Shown here: positions 35,458 through 47,562 of the stretch, piece by piece
Position numbering within the stretch: position 1 is the first letter of the stretch
Layout: each line of letters opens with the position of its first letter
The notes under the pieces: model-generated
The model's input: only the letters and a program-made list of their open reading frames with translations
Told to the model about the DNA's origin: nothing
The model's database searches: none
Translations under genes and position numbers: made by a program
Source of the DNA: Candidatus Yonathbacteria bacterium RIFCSPLOWO2_01_FULL_43_27
Lineage (GTDB): Bacteria > Patescibacteriota > Minisyncoccia > Phycocordibacterales > UBA1550
Length of the DNA: 64,000 nt
Reading direction: 5' to 3'
Assembly (NCBI GenBank): GCA_001823545.1
Contig: MHUV01000003.1
Span: forward strand, 6,718-70,717

Positions 35458-36012
35458 TTATTGGTTCTTTGAAATTACTTTTTCCTGATACATTCTCTCG
35501 TCAGCGAGTCTTCTAAGTTCGTGAAAATCACAAACTCCTTCAGATGTAGAAGATACCCCGACCGAGAGTTCAACATTGGTTTTTCCTGCAAAAACCATGC
35601 TGGTAATCTTCTCGATTACTTTATTTGCTACGTGCTTTGCAATAAGAAGGTCGCTCGCAGGAAGGATAACGATGAACTCGTCCCCGCATGGCCGTGTGAC
35701 GATATCACTCGCCCTCACGACCTTCTTTAAGAATGTAGCCACCTCTCTGAGTACAACGTCGCCGACATCGTGCCCGTGCGTGTCGTTTATTGACTTGAAA
35801 CAATCAAGGTCAATAAACAGTACTGCAAGTGGCGCGTCCTGTCGCTTCGCCTGAGCAAGCGCGCGAGTGACTTCAACTTCTAATCCTCGACGATTTAAAA
35901 TTCCCGTCAGAGGATCGATTAAAGAGAGACGCTCCGCGTCAGCGAGAGTTTTTTTAAGTTCCCTCACTTTCTGTTCTAGTTCTGCAATCCTTTGTTTGGA
36001 CACGTTCGCCAC
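35458..36012 (-). CDS. GGDEF-domain protein with non-canonical active-site motif (CGDEF) and intact RxxD I-site
   Basis: DPLTGILNRRG, FIDLDCFKSINDTHGH, RASD I-site, then RPCGDEF. N-terminal coiled coil. Confidence 0.7.
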   Translation of the reverse strand: MANVSKQRIAELEQKVRELKKTLADAERLSLIDPLTGILNRRGLEVEVTRALAQAKRQDAPLAVLFIDLDCFKSINDTHGHDVGDVVLREVATFLKKVVRASDIVTRPCGDEFIVILPASDLLIAKHVANKVIEKITSMVFAGKTNVELSVGVSSTSEGVCDFHELRRLADERMYQEKVISKNQ

Positions 36013-36136
36013 CTCCTAATGCAATTTTTTATAATTATCTAAATAAAAGTATAGCATATTCAAGACTAAATGTCAATGTCTTTACCTCGCCCCTCTTAAA
36101 CGGTATACTACACAACATAATAATCAATATATAACT

Positions 36137-36592
36137 ATGACACTACACGAACAAATCAAAGGCGAAGTAAAACAGGCAATGCTTGCAAAAGATACGGTTA
36201 AACTTTCTGTCGTACGCGGAATGGTATCAGCGTTTACCAATGAGCTCGTTGCTACGGGGAAAATGCCACAAGACATCCTCGATGATGCAGGGGTACTCAA
36301 GGTTATCAAAAAACTTGCTAATCAACGCAAGGATTCGATTGATCAGTTCGAAAAAGGTGGTCGCCCTGAACTCGCCGACGGTGAACGCGCAGAACTCGCT
36401 ATTCTTGAAAAATATCTCCCTGCACTAATGTCACGCGAAGACATTAAAAAAGTTGCCATTGCGAAAAAAGAAGCGCTTGGTATTACCGACAAAGCAAAAG
36501 CAGGTCAGCTTACCGGCGCCATCATGAAAGAGCTTGGAGGCAACGCAGACGGCAACGACGTAAAAGCAGTTGTGGAGGAACTCCTCGCGTAA
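36137..36592 (+). CDS. GatB/YqeY domain protein
   Basis: EQIKGEVKQAMLAKD...LSVVRGM...ANQRKDSI..F...GR.ELA..E..E...L..YLP is the typical YqeY pattern. Confidence 0.8.
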   Translation: MTLHEQIKGEVKQAMLAKDTVKLSVVRGMVSAFTNELVATGKMPQDILDDAGVLKVIKKLANQRKDSIDQFEKGGRPELADGERAELAILEKYLPALMSREDIKKVAIAKKEALGITDKAKAGQLTGAIMKELGGNADGNDVKAVVEELLA

Positions 36593-36593
36593 T

Positions 36594-37790
36594 TTATTTG
36601 AATTTTCCTCTCAACGTGCGGTGGTATCCTATAGCAAAACGGTGTGCCTCGCTATTAGCCAATAAAATATCACGCTCATTAAATCCAAGGTCCGACCTTG
36701 GATTTTTTAGTATCTCGCGTGGGCGGTGGTGTTCGTCTTTCACTACTCCAACGACAGGGATCGCAAGTCCCCACTCCTTCATAAGACGCAACGCCAAATT
36801 CATTTGTATTGTTCCCCCATCGACAACAATAAGTTTTGGCAGAGACCACTCAGTATGCTCGAAACGACGCGTGAGCACCTCACGAAGCGAAGCAACGTCA
36901 TCGTTAGTACTCGTCCTCAATTTAAACTTGCGATACTCACTCTTTTTTACCTCGCCATCTTCCACCACGACCATCACCCCAACAGCATTCGTACCAGAAA
37001 TATGCGCTATATCATAAGCCTCAATCCTGCCAAGGTCCGACCTTGGCAGGATTTCTGATTTGAGGAGGGCAACATCTTGGATATGTTTGAGGGCAAAAAT
37101 AGTTTTTTTGAAACGAGATGCCTCTTCAAATTTAAGGGCACGCGCGGAGTTCTTCATCTCTCGCTCAAGTGCACGAAGGAGCGCTGTCTTCTTTCCCTCA
37201 AAGAAAAGTTTGATATGTCGAATCGTTTTTGCGTATTCAGTACGTGACACGTTTCCGGTACACACTCCAGGACACAACCCTATTTGCGCGTTAAAACAAG
37301 GCTTGCCTGAGTTTGGTGCACATCTGTCACGAAACGGAAATATCTTGCGCACTAAGGAGAGCGCTTCACGAAGCACGCCCCCTTGTGGAAATGGCCCAAA
37401 AGAATACTTCACTTCATCACTTCGCACGCCAAGCTCTCTACTTCGCATCGTCACGACTCGAGGAAACTCTTCTTTGGTAATCACGACGTAATTAAAACTT
37501 TTATTGTCTTTTTCTTTTGTATTATACGGTGGTTGATGTTTTTTAATGAGGTGTGCCTCGAGTATCAATGCTTCAAGAACAGAATCTGTGGTAATAAAAT
37601 CAACTGTTTTTGCTGTCTTCACCATGCCCGTAATGATCGGCCCACGGGTCTCCACGAGATCACGACGAAAATAACTCGCGACGCGCGTCTTGAACGAGGC
37701 TGCCTTGCCAATATACAATATTGAGCGCTTGGGTCCACGGAAAATATAGACCCCAGGAGCATCGGGTAATTTTTTATCTAGGTTTTTCAT
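36594..37790 (-). CDS. uvrC: Excinuclease ABC subunit C, short form lacking the C-terminal (HhH)2
   Basis: GIY-YIG (GVYIFRGPKRSILYIGKAASFKTRVASYF), a Cys-rich region, the UVR domain, and an RNase-H-like endonuclease domain. Ends at ~398 aa. Confidence 0.8.
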   Translation of the reverse strand: MKNLDKKLPDAPGVYIFRGPKRSILYIGKAASFKTRVASYFRRDLVETRGPIITGMVKTAKTVDFITTDSVLEALILEAHLIKKHQPPYNTKEKDNKSFNYVVITKEEFPRVVTMRSRELGVRSDEVKYSFGPFPQGGVLREALSLVRKIFPFRDRCAPNSGKPCFNAQIGLCPGVCTGNVSRTEYAKTIRHIKLFFEGKKTALLRALEREMKNSARALKFEEASRFKKTIFALKHIQDVALLKSEILPRSDLGRIEAYDIAHISGTNAVGVMVVVEDGEVKKSEYRKFKLRTSTNDDVASLREVLTRRFEHTEWSLPKLIVVDGGTIQMNLALRLMKEWGLAIPVVGVVKDEHHRPREILKNPRSDLGFNERDILLANSEAHRFAIGYHRTLRGKFK

Positions 37791-37819
37791 TGTAATTATC
37801 ATATGGTACAATAATACAT

Positions 37820-38071
37820 ATGGAAAAAGAACCATTTGAAAAGACTCCTCAAGGAATTGAGCAGAGGATCTCAGACCTTATCAGAGAGATGCAGGAAAAA
37901 TATAGTACATACTACGATGATTTAGACCCCGCTGACCAAACGACATGGAACGAATTGTCCCGTTTTGCCAACATTGAGAAAGATCAGGACGAAAAGAAAC
38001 GAATCGTTCTCGAAGAGAGCCTCATTTCTTTCCTTGATTTTTTACAATCTACCTACGGTACAAAAGAATAA
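37820..38071 (+). CDS. Small acidic hypothetical protein
   Basis: 83-aa ORF in the uvrC-uvrA intergenic/divergent region; weak RBS. Confidence 0.3.
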   Translation: MEKEPFEKTPQGIEQRISDLIREMQEKYSTYYDDLDPADQTTWNELSRFANIEKDQDEKKRIVLEESLISFLDFLQSTYGTKE

Positions 38072-38077
38072 TAATTT

Positions 38078-40651
38078 TTACTTCTTTTTTAGCACCTTCT
38101 TGAGGTATTTCCCTGTATGGGAATGTGTATTTGCAGCGATTTGCTCAGGAGTACCCCGCGCAACGATCTGTCCGCCCCCTACCCCACCCTCGGGACCAAA
38201 ATCAAGCACGTAGTCTGCACTTTTTATAACATCCATATTGTGCTCAATGAGTAGCACGCTGTTGCCTTTATCAACAAGTTTTTGCAAAATTTCAATAAGT
38301 TTACGTACGTCTTCATAATGAAGTCCAACAGTTGGTTCATCGAGAAGGTAGATTGTACGCTCAGCAAAAGGACGGTAGAGCTCTGAAGAGATTTTAACAC
38401 GCTGTGCCTCGCCACCAGAAAGTGTGGTTGCTGATTGCCCAAGCTTCAAATACCCAAGTCCTACCTCATTCAGTGTTTTGAAACGATCGTAAATTGCGGG
38501 AATATCCTCAAAAAACGTGAGTGCTTCTTCGACGGTCATTTCGAGCACGTCGAAAATATTCTTTTTTTTGTACTTTACCTCGAGTGTTTCTTTATCGAAT
38601 CGTTTTCCGCGACACACATCGCACGTTACATACACCGTTGGTAAAAAGTGCATTTCAACCGCAATGAGCCCATTACCCTGACAGGTCTCACATCGACCAC
38701 CTTTTACATTAAAAGAAAAACGTCCCGGCCCCCACCCACGCAAGCGCGCCTCCTCGGTTTCCGCAAAAATATCACGAATAAAGGTAAATGCACCCGTGTA
38801 GGTTGCGGGATTAGAACGGGGGGTGCGTCCGATAGCAGACTGATCAATAAGCACCGTACGGCTCAAATATTCCGTGCCGGTAAAACTTTCACAATTAAAA
38901 ATCTGATTAGTGCGATACTTGTATTCCAAACGCGCTTGAAGATTTTTGTGCACTATTTCGTACAAGAAGGTAGACTTTCCTGAACCAGAAACACCCGTAA
39001 TAGCAACGAGTTTACCGAGAGGAATTTCCGCATTAAGATTTTTTATACTAAACGCTGCACCCTCACGAATACGCAGATGCCCGCGATCTTGCGCGCGACG
39101 TGCATGAGGAATCTCAACCACAGTATCTCCACGCAGATAATCGAGCGTAAGTGATTTATATTTTTTAGGATTGGTAATGAGGTCATCAAGATACCCTGCT
39201 ACCACGATATTACCACCATGCACCCCCGCCCCTGGGCCAATATCCACCATATAGTCCGCAGAGAAAATAGTATCCTCATCGTGTTCAACCACAATGATAG
39301 TGTTGCCGAGATCGCGTAATTCTTTCAGGGTTTTAATGAGGCGGTCATTGTCTCGCTGATGAAGACCGATAGTCGGCTCATCGAGCACATAGAGCGCGCC
39401 CACAAGACGTGAACCGAGCTGTGATGCCAGACGGATGCGTTGTGCCTCACCACCAGAGAGTGTGTTGGCGCGTCGGTCGAGAGTAAGGTAATCAATCCCC
39501 ACGTCAAGCATAAAGCGAAGACGGTTTTCAATTTCCTTTACCACTGGCACCGAAATATCTTTATCACGCGTAGATATTTTCAAGTGTGCAAAAAAATCAC
39601 TTGCTTCACGAATTGACATGCGGGTCACCTCGACAATATTCTTGCCACTGATGCGTACATTTAGGGCTTCTTTACGCAAACGAGCACCTTCACAGTCAGG
39701 GCACGCTTCTTTGCCAAAAAAATGTTTCGTGCCAAGACCATTACAAAGTGGACACGCGCCGTAGGGAGAATTAAACGAAAAAAGACGTGGCTCTATTTCT
39801 GGATATGAAAAACCATCATTGGGGCACGCAAAACGATTGGACATAATGGTGTCTTTGAGAATTGTCGTATCTTTTGCAAACACAATACGTACCAAACTTT
39901 CAGATTCAGTAAGTGCACGCTCCATCGCCTCAGCAAGACGCGCGCGCCCTTTTTCGTTCTTACCAGCAAAGTCTGCTATGCTGATTTCATCAACCAGTAC
40001 ATCAATCTCGTGCTTTTTTGTCTTTGAAAGAATGATCTGCTCGCGAAGATTTTTCATCTCGCCATCAATGCGCACCAAAAGGTACCCTTTGCCAAGGAGA
40101 TCGTAGAGAAGCTGATAGTATTCGCCCTTGCGCCCACGTACAATGGGTGCAAAAATTTTAATAGTGTCAGATTTTTTTCCAACAGCTCCCTTCACATCTT
40201 CCATAATGAAATTCAAAATTTCCTCGTTACCAAGACGCTTGATTTCTTCTCCACACACGAGACAATAAGGTTTTCCAATACGCGCATACAATACACGAAG
40301 GTAATCGTAGATTTCGGTAATCGTCGCCACGGTCGAGCGTGGATTTGATGAGTGTGATTTTTGGTCAATAGAAATTGCCGGCGAAAGACCCGTGATTTCA
40401 TCCACGTCGGGCTTTTGCATTTGATTCAAGAACTGACGTGCGTATGCGGAAAGTGACTCAACATAGCGTCGTTGCCCCTCTGCAAAAATCGTATCAAACG
40501 CAAGGGATGATTTTCCTGAACCAGAGAGACCTGTAAAAACCGTCATCGTGTTGCGCGGTATTTCAACAGAAATATTCTTAAGATTGTGCGTGCGGGCACC
40601 ACGAACAGTGATTTTATCCAGCTCTTTTATTTTTTTATGTTCCGATCTCAT
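38078..40651 (-). CDS. uvrA: Excinuclease ABC subunit A
   Basis: Two ABC ATPase modules ([24 protein letters not shown]; LSGGEAQR in both) and zinc-finger Cys clusters. Confidence 0.9.
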   Translation of the reverse strand: MRSEHKKIKELDKITVRGARTHNLKNISVEIPRNTMTVFTGLSGSGKSSLAFDTIFAEGQRRYVESLSAYARQFLNQMQKPDVDEITGLSPAISIDQKSHSSNPRSTVATITEIYDYLRVLYARIGKPYCLVCGEEIKRLGNEEILNFIMEDVKGAVGKKSDTIKIFAPIVRGRKGEYYQLLYDLLGKGYLLVRIDGEMKNLREQIILSKTKKHEIDVLVDEISIADFAGKNEKGRARLAEAMERALTESESLVRIVFAKDTTILKDTIMSNRFACPNDGFSYPEIEPRLFSFNSPYGACPLCNGLGTKHFFGKEACPDCEGARLRKEALNVRISGKNIVEVTRMSIREASDFFAHLKISTRDKDISVPVVKEIENRLRFMLDVGIDYLTLDRRANTLSGGEAQRIRLASQLGSRLVGALYVLDEPTIGLHQRDNDRLIKTLKELRDLGNTIIVVEHDEDTIFSADYMVDIGPGAGVHGGNIVVAGYLDDLITNPKKYKSLTLDYLRGDTVVEIPHARRAQDRGHLRIREGAAFSIKNLNAEIPLGKLVAITGVSGSGKSTFLYEIVHKNLQARLEYKYRTNQIFNCESFTGTEYLSRTVLIDQSAIGRTPRSNPATYTGAFTFIRDIFAETEEARLRGWGPGRFSFNVKGGRCETCQGNGLIAVEMHFLPTVYVTCDVCRGKRFDKETLEVKYKKKNIFDVLEMTVEEALTFFEDIPAIYDRFKTLNEVGLGYLKLGQSATTLSGGEAQRVKISSELYRPFAERTIYLLDEPTVGLHYEDVRKLIEILQKLVDKGNSVLLIEHNMDVIKSADYVLDFGPEGGVGGGQIVARGTPEQIAANTHSHTGKYLKKVLKKK

Positions 40652-40740
40652 TGTTGACAGATTGTATCATATATGCTATTTTTTGCAAAGAAGAGGAGTG
40701 TTTCAACACAAAACCCTATCTAGAAACAAGGAGGTTAAAG

Positions 40741-41265
40741 ATGAGTCTAAGCACGCCGAAGTACCTTACCAGGGAAACCGCCGAAGAAGCAATAGACACG
40801 GCATTAATTATGGTTGCAGGAGAATCGTCGCCATTAAAAAGGTGTTTCAACTCTCTTTTCCCTCAGTGCCATATTACGGTGCTCGTGCCAGGAATGGAGA
40901 GCCATCACCTTGAGGACATCCTCAAATGGCCGAACTTCCCCATCCATGCTGTTTCTCTCTGTGAGAGAAGTATAGGCCAATCCATATGGAAACATCGCTA
41001 CGACGAAATCGCGAAATGCAAAGCGCTTCAGCTTTGGGCGGACCGAAACGATGACGGGACAGGATCCATTCCACACCTACTCTTTTCGGAGGACACGCCC
41101 TACTGGGGTGGCGTCAAGCGTAAAGGAATCGTCGTTGCTTGTTCAGGTTTTCATCCATGGTTCGACAAGATGATCTCTGGTATTATCGCTGACATCATGA
41201 TCGGACTGGCACACGATGCCTACGAAAATGACAGTGCCCGAGTATCAGATGACTTTTTGAGCTAA
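40741..41265 (+). CDS. Hypothetical Cys/His-containing protein (174 aa)
   Basis: RBS aaggagg 6 nt upstream of the ATG at 40741. Divergent from uvrA. No motif recognised. Confidence 0.45.
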   Translation: MSLSTPKYLTRETAEEAIDTALIMVAGESSPLKRCFNSLFPQCHITVLVPGMESHHLEDILKWPNFPIHAVSLCERSIGQSIWKHRYDEIAKCKALQLWADRNDDGTGSIPHLLFSEDTPYWGGVKRKGIVVACSGFHPWFDKMISGIIADIMIGLAHDAYENDSARVSDDFLS

Positions 41266-41285
41266 CTTTTCGTGAAGAAAATTTT

Positions 41286-41322
41286 AAAGGGTTACCCGCA
41301 ATATTAAGGGTAACCCTTTTTT
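41286..41322 (+). terminator. Intrinsic terminator
   Basis: aaagggttaccc-gcaatattaa-gggtaaccctttttt. Confidence 0.65.
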
Positions 41323-41431
41323 ATTTTTAGGCGGAATAAACCCTGTAAATTAAAAATAGAAATTCTAATTACTGAGTGTTATACTTCTTAACGACGAGTG
41401 ATGGACACATGGAACAATAAGAAATAAAAAT

Positions 41432-41695
41432 ATGTATATAAAAATATTAGTCTCACTGATGGGAGTACTTATGTCGATCGGCTACTATCCACAAGCGTAC
41501 ATAATCTGGAAAAATAAATCATCACAAGGTATTTCCATTTTGACCTACTCAATATTTAGCGTTGGAACTTTTGTGTGGACGATCTACGGATTCTATCTTC
41601 GTGACGTACCAATCATATTAAGTTTTATTCTTGGAGTGGTCGGCTCGTGGCTTGTTCTTGGCCTGACGCTGTATTATAAGAGGAAGAAAATATAA
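41432..41695 (+). CDS. SemiSWEET / PQ-loop family 3-TM transporter
   Basis: 87 aa with three TM helices and the PQ motif GYYPQAYIIWKNK in TM1. Confidence 0.65.
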   Translation: MYIKILVSLMGVLMSIGYYPQAYIIWKNKSSQGISILTYSIFSVGTFVWTIYGFYLRDVPIILSFILGVVGSWLVLGLTLYYKRKKI

Positions 41696-41710
41696 TTTTT
41701 CGTGAAGAAA

Positions 41711-43726
41711 TTACTTTAAAAGTTGCTCCTTGAGCACCAAGATCTCATCACGAATGATCGCCGCGGTTTCAAAATCAAGTTCTTTCACCGCCTTTGACAT
41801 TTCTTTTTCTTTTAACTTAATGAGCTTTTGAGGATCTTTGGCAAAAACTTGCGCATCGATATCCACGTTCATTTTCACCGCTTTCGTATGTTCGCTCTCG
41901 AGATGTTCAGTAATGTCGCCCAATTTTTTAATAATCGTTTTCGGCGTTATGCCATGCTCCTTATTGTATGCCTGCTGAATTGCACGACGACGATTGGTTT
42001 CTCCCACAGCACGTTCAATTGAGCCGGTGATGTTGTCCGCGTAGAGAATGACGCGCCCCAGCACGTTACGGGCCGCACGACCAATAATCTGAATGAGCGC
42101 CGTCTCTGAACGCAAGAAACCTTCCTTGTCGGCATCCAAAATTCCAATGAGCGTAACTTCTGGAAGATCGAGCCCTTCACGGAGAAGATTTACTCCCACC
42201 AAACAATCAAACGTACCTCTTCGAAATTCGGTGAGAATCTGAATACGCTCAATCGTTTTAATATCACTGTGAAGATATTCTGCCTTAATTCCCTCTCCTT
42301 TTAAATACTCAGAGAGATCTTCTGCCATCTTTTTCGTAAGAGTTGTTGCTATTACACGTCCACCTTTCTCAACCGCATTTTTTACTTCAATAATGAAATC
42401 TTGTATCTGTCCTCGGTATGATCCTTTTTCTTGTATCGGTCGCAATGAGATTTCCGGATCAATAAGTCCTGTCGGACGAATAATTTGCTCAACAATTTGC
42501 TCACTCGTTTCGCGCTCGTGCGTGCTTGGCGTTGCTGAGGTGTAAATCACCTGCCCCACGCGTTCAGTAAATTCCTCAGACCGTAGAGGTCTATTATCAA
42601 GTGCCGATGGTAAACGGAAACCAAACTCAACCAACGTTTTTTTACGTGATTGATCACCGGCATACATACCACCAATTTGTGGAATCGTAACGTGCGATTC
42701 ATCGATGATGGTAAGAAAATCTGGTTTACCATTCTTTGTGCGGGGGAAATACGAAAGAAGCGTATCAGGCGCTGACCCTGCTTCACGACCCGACATATGG
42801 CGAGAATAATTTTCGATACCATTACAGTAACCAACTTCACGAATCATGGCGAGGTCGTAATTGGTGCGACGCTTGAGACGCTCTGCCTCGAGGAGCTTCC
42901 CTTCTTTCTCAAACTTTTTTAACTGCGTAGCAAGTTCTGCTTTAATTTTTTTAATTGCGCGGTCCTTTTCCGCCTTGTTGGTGATAAAATGTTTTGCAGG
43001 AAAAATAAAAATATCTGTTTCAGTCCCCACAATTTTTTGCGAAATAGGATCCACCTTATTGATTGACGCAATCCCTCGTGCATCGAGCACAATACTCCAA
43101 ATCATCTTTTCTGAAACAGGCATAATTTCCACGAGCGAACCAATGGAACGAAATGTTCCGGGCGTGAGGTCGGCATTAGTACGCTCGAAATGAATTGCAA
43201 TGAGTTTTTGCATCAACGCTTTGCGGTCAATTTTTTGCTTTACGGAAAGTTTTAGATTTTCTTTCTCGTACTCTGCAGGCGAACCAAGACCGTAAATACA
43301 CGACACCGACGCAACAATGATCACGTCACGACGCGTGAGGAGCGATTGCGTTGACGCGTGACGTAGGCGGTCAATTTCTTCGTTGATCTGCGCGTCTTTT
43401 TCAATATAGGTATCTGTCACGGGCATATATGCCTCTGGCTGATAGTAATCGTAGTAGGAAACAAAATAGTGGACAGCGTTGTTCGGGAAAAATTCTTTGT
43501 ATTCTTGCGCAAGCTGTGCGGCAAGTGTTTTATTGTGCGCAATAACGAGTGTAGGCTTGTTCACCTTGGCGATCACATTTGCCATCGTGAAGGTTTTTCC
43601 TGAGCCTGTGACCCCAAGGAGTGTTTGGCGCGAAAAACCTTTCTCGAGGCCTTGTACGAGCTTTTTAATGGCCTTGGGCTGGTCACCTGCCGGTGGCCAA
43701 TCTGATTGTAGGTTAAACGAGGTCAT
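41711..43726 (-). CDS. uvrB: Excinuclease ABC subunit B
   Basis: GVTGSGKTFTMAN, helicase motifs, beta-hairpin region, and a C-terminal UVR domain (ETAAIIRDEI). Confidence 0.9.
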   Translation of the reverse strand: MTSFNLQSDWPPAGDQPKAIKKLVQGLEKGFSRQTLLGVTGSGKTFTMANVIAKVNKPTLVIAHNKTLAAQLAQEYKEFFPNNAVHYFVSYYDYYQPEAYMPVTDTYIEKDAQINEEIDRLRHASTQSLLTRRDVIIVASVSCIYGLGSPAEYEKENLKLSVKQKIDRKALMQKLIAIHFERTNADLTPGTFRSIGSLVEIMPVSEKMIWSIVLDARGIASINKVDPISQKIVGTETDIFIFPAKHFITNKAEKDRAIKKIKAELATQLKKFEKEGKLLEAERLKRRTNYDLAMIREVGYCNGIENYSRHMSGREAGSAPDTLLSYFPRTKNGKPDFLTIIDESHVTIPQIGGMYAGDQSRKKTLVEFGFRLPSALDNRPLRSEEFTERVGQVIYTSATPSTHERETSEQIVEQIIRPTGLIDPEISLRPIQEKGSYRGQIQDFIIEVKNAVEKGGRVIATTLTKKMAEDLSEYLKGEGIKAEYLHSDIKTIERIQILTEFRRGTFDCLVGVNLLREGLDLPEVTLIGILDADKEGFLRSETALIQIIGRAARNVLGRVILYADNITGSIERAVGETNRRRAIQQAYNKEHGITPKTIIKKLGDITEHLESEHTKAVKMNVDIDAQVFAKDPQKLIKLKEKEMSKAVKELDFETAAIIRDEILVLKEQLLK

Positions 43727-43849
43727 GATTGAAAATTATAACACGAAATGGTGCTTTTTGAAAGATGCGCGGCGCCGATGCACGGCAGTGCATACCTTCC
43801 TGCTCCAACAAAGTACTCCTTAGTAAAGATATGTTATCTGAAGAAAACA

Positions 43850-43887
43850 ATATCGACGTATAATATACTATAGTATATTATACGTCG
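43850..43887. repeat. 38-bp perfect AT-rich palindrome in the uvrB upstream / DKNYY downstream intergenic region
   Basis: atcgacgtataatatactatagtatattatacgtcgat is exactly self-complementary. Confidence 0.5.
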
Positions 43888-43965
43888 ATATTTATTTTAT
43901 TTATAATTTATAACAAGCAAACAAAAAAGTTGCTTAGTTATTTCCTAGCTCTATGGAAGTTGCAA

Positions 43966-44685
43966 TTAAATAGAAACCGTACCGGTAATGACCGTATTCG
44001 CGTTAACCGCACAAAGAGAATTATGAATACACGTGCGTGGATCAACACATTGACCCTCATCATTCAATACTTTTTCGCCATCAAGGAAAATACAATTTTT
44101 ATCTTTGGTGGTTACTCTAATTGGGCAATTATTCTGATCATTACCACAACCGATACCAAATTCCGTTAAAAACTCAAAGGTCTCAGGGTCAGCATGGGGC
44201 AACATTTGTCTTCCGATATATACATACTGCGCGTCGGCACCATACGCTGGTGTACGGACACCATATCGTACTCCCCCATCGTAAAGAACTCGGAATGTTT
44301 GGGGATCTGCAGAACGAATTTTTTCTACAACAACTGAAGATCCATAGCGATACACATCACTCATATCATACACAGCATTTACGTCCGCCCCATACGAACC
44401 TCCGGGGAGCAATGTAAATGATTCAATATCAAGACCTGGGGGCGTAACGAGTACTACACCATCGTAATAAAGATGTTCATTATCTTTATTAAGAGAACCA
44501 AATATATTATGTTGAGGACATACTGACGTTGCAACGCGCGCCGACTCAACACCACATCTCGTTGATATTGATGGAGGAATACGATTACCAACATACGAAC
44601 GCACCAATCTTGAATATTCTATCTCAGAAAAAATAAAAATTACTGACAACACAATAAACGAAATTACTATCGCAGTTCTATTCAT
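43966..44685 (-). CDS. DKNYY-repeat family secreted protein
   Basis: N-terminal TM/signal. Repeats NKDNEHLYYDGVVL...GLDIESF, AQYVYIGRQMLPHADPETFEF, KDKNCIFLDGEKV match the DKNYY motif. Confidence 0.55.
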   Translation of the reverse strand: MNRTAIVISFIVLSVIFIFSEIEYSRLVRSYVGNRIPPSISTRCGVESARVATSVCPQHNIFGSLNKDNEHLYYDGVVLVTPPGLDIESFTLLPGGSYGADVNAVYDMSDVYRYGSSVVVEKIRSADPQTFRVLYDGGVRYGVRTPAYGADAQYVYIGRQMLPHADPETFEFLTEFGIGCGNDQNNCPIRVTTKDKNCIFLDGEKVLNDEGQCVDPRTCIHNSLCAVNANTVITGTVSI

Positions 44686-44795
44686 GTGCTATAAGTATAG
44701 CATCTCTATTGGTAATGCCAATAAACGAAGTATGGTTGACTAACATGTCATAAGGTAGTATCTTTTTAAAAGACAAAAAAAACGGAGGTGCTGTT

Positions 44796-45179
44796 ATGGA
44801 TAATCCTGTTTCATTTGTTTGCCCAATTTGCAAGAACACGAAATACGGGGAGGTACTCCGAGAACCGGTAATGATGGGTGGAAGAAACGCAGTAAGTCAT
44901 CACTACTGCACGAAATGTACGTTCATGTTTCTTTTCCCAACGTCTTTCACTGAGCCAAAGAATGAATTGAATTCAACTACAGTGCTGTACTCAAAGGAAC
45001 GCTGTAAGCACACAACAACCATCAGAACCGCAGGTGGAGAGCTTCAAGTGATGTGCGAAAAGAGGAAAGGTCACGAAGGGATGCATCAACGCTCGGCTCA
45101 CCAGCTTGACAGCATCAAGGAAGACGAGCTCAAAACGGGATGGGAAATATCCTGGGGAGAATGGGGATCTACTACATAA
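44796..45179 (+). CDS. Small zinc-ribbon protein
   Basis: RBS aacggaggtg. CPICKN...CTKC pair of CxxC motifs. Confidence 0.4.
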   Translation: MDNPVSFVCPICKNTKYGEVLREPVMMGGRNAVSHHYCTKCTFMFLFPTSFTEPKNELNSTTVLYSKERCKHTTTIRTAGGELQVMCEKRKGHEGMHQRSAHQLDSIKEDELKTGWEISWGEWGSTT

Positions 45180-45211
45180 AGATGTGTGCAAATTTGACAA
45201 AGGAGATGCCT

Positions 45212-45445
45212 ATGTCGAGAAAAGAAAATAGAGCCAAGGCCAAAGCCAAAAGGAAGTCAGGTACAATATGCAACGGTTGTGGGAAGAACCGCGATGTGCG
45301 TGGCCACTGCTGGACATGTGTTTCTGCGACAAGAGACCATCTGTATGAGCGCTTTCTTGCAACACTGAGAGACGACCAGCAGAGAATTTTCTTCGCTTAT
45401 CAGAAGGTACGGGAACAGTTTATCTCCATGGTCATCCTTGATTAG
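45212..45445 (+). CDS. Small basic Cys-containing protein
   Basis: RBS aaaggag 6 nt upstream. MSRKENRAKAKAKRK...CNGCG...CWTC. Confidence 0.35.
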   Translation: MSRKENRAKAKAKRKSGTICNGCGKNRDVRGHCWTCVSATRDHLYERFLATLRDDQQRIFFAYQKVREQFISMVILD

Positions 45446-45472
45446 AATTTCTTCGAGACCTTCGAGACTCAG

Positions 45473-47183
<1,711 letters not shown>

Positions 47184-47277
47184 ACCGATAACCTATCATC
47201 ATTGACTGAAATAGTAAACATTGGTAATCTTTCTGGAGATAGTATGAATTTAAAAAAATGCTTAAGGAGGAGTTTTT

Positions 47278-47562
47278 ATGGGAACTAGTGAAAAAGTAGA
47301 ATCTGCTGCTTGCCGTGAGTGCGATTGGGACGGGAAGTGTCCTATACACTGCATCCACCTTAAAGGAAAAATAACTGCAGACGAGACTCAAAAAGAAATA
47401 TCCGAAACACCAGCAGCTTGCCGTGAGTGCCAGATAGACCAGTGCCCTCTGCACTGCAGGCATTTGGGAGTAAGGGTACCGGAAACAGAAGCCCGAAAGG
47501 AAGCAGTAACTGCACCAAAAACTCTCGACTACCTCAAGGTAAAAGGGGGCCACGATGTCTAA
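47278..47562 (+). CDS. Small protein with two tandem Cys/His-rich repeats (AACREC-x4-6-CP-[IL]-HC-[IR]-HL)
   Basis: Strong RBS aaggagg with a 7-nt spacer. Repeats AACRECDWDGKCPIHCIHL and AACRECQIDQCPLHCRHL. Confidence 0.5.
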   Translation: MGTSEKVESAACRECDWDGKCPIHCIHLKGKITADETQKEISETPAACRECQIDQCPLHCRHLGVRVPETEARKEAVTAPKTLDYLKVKGGHDV

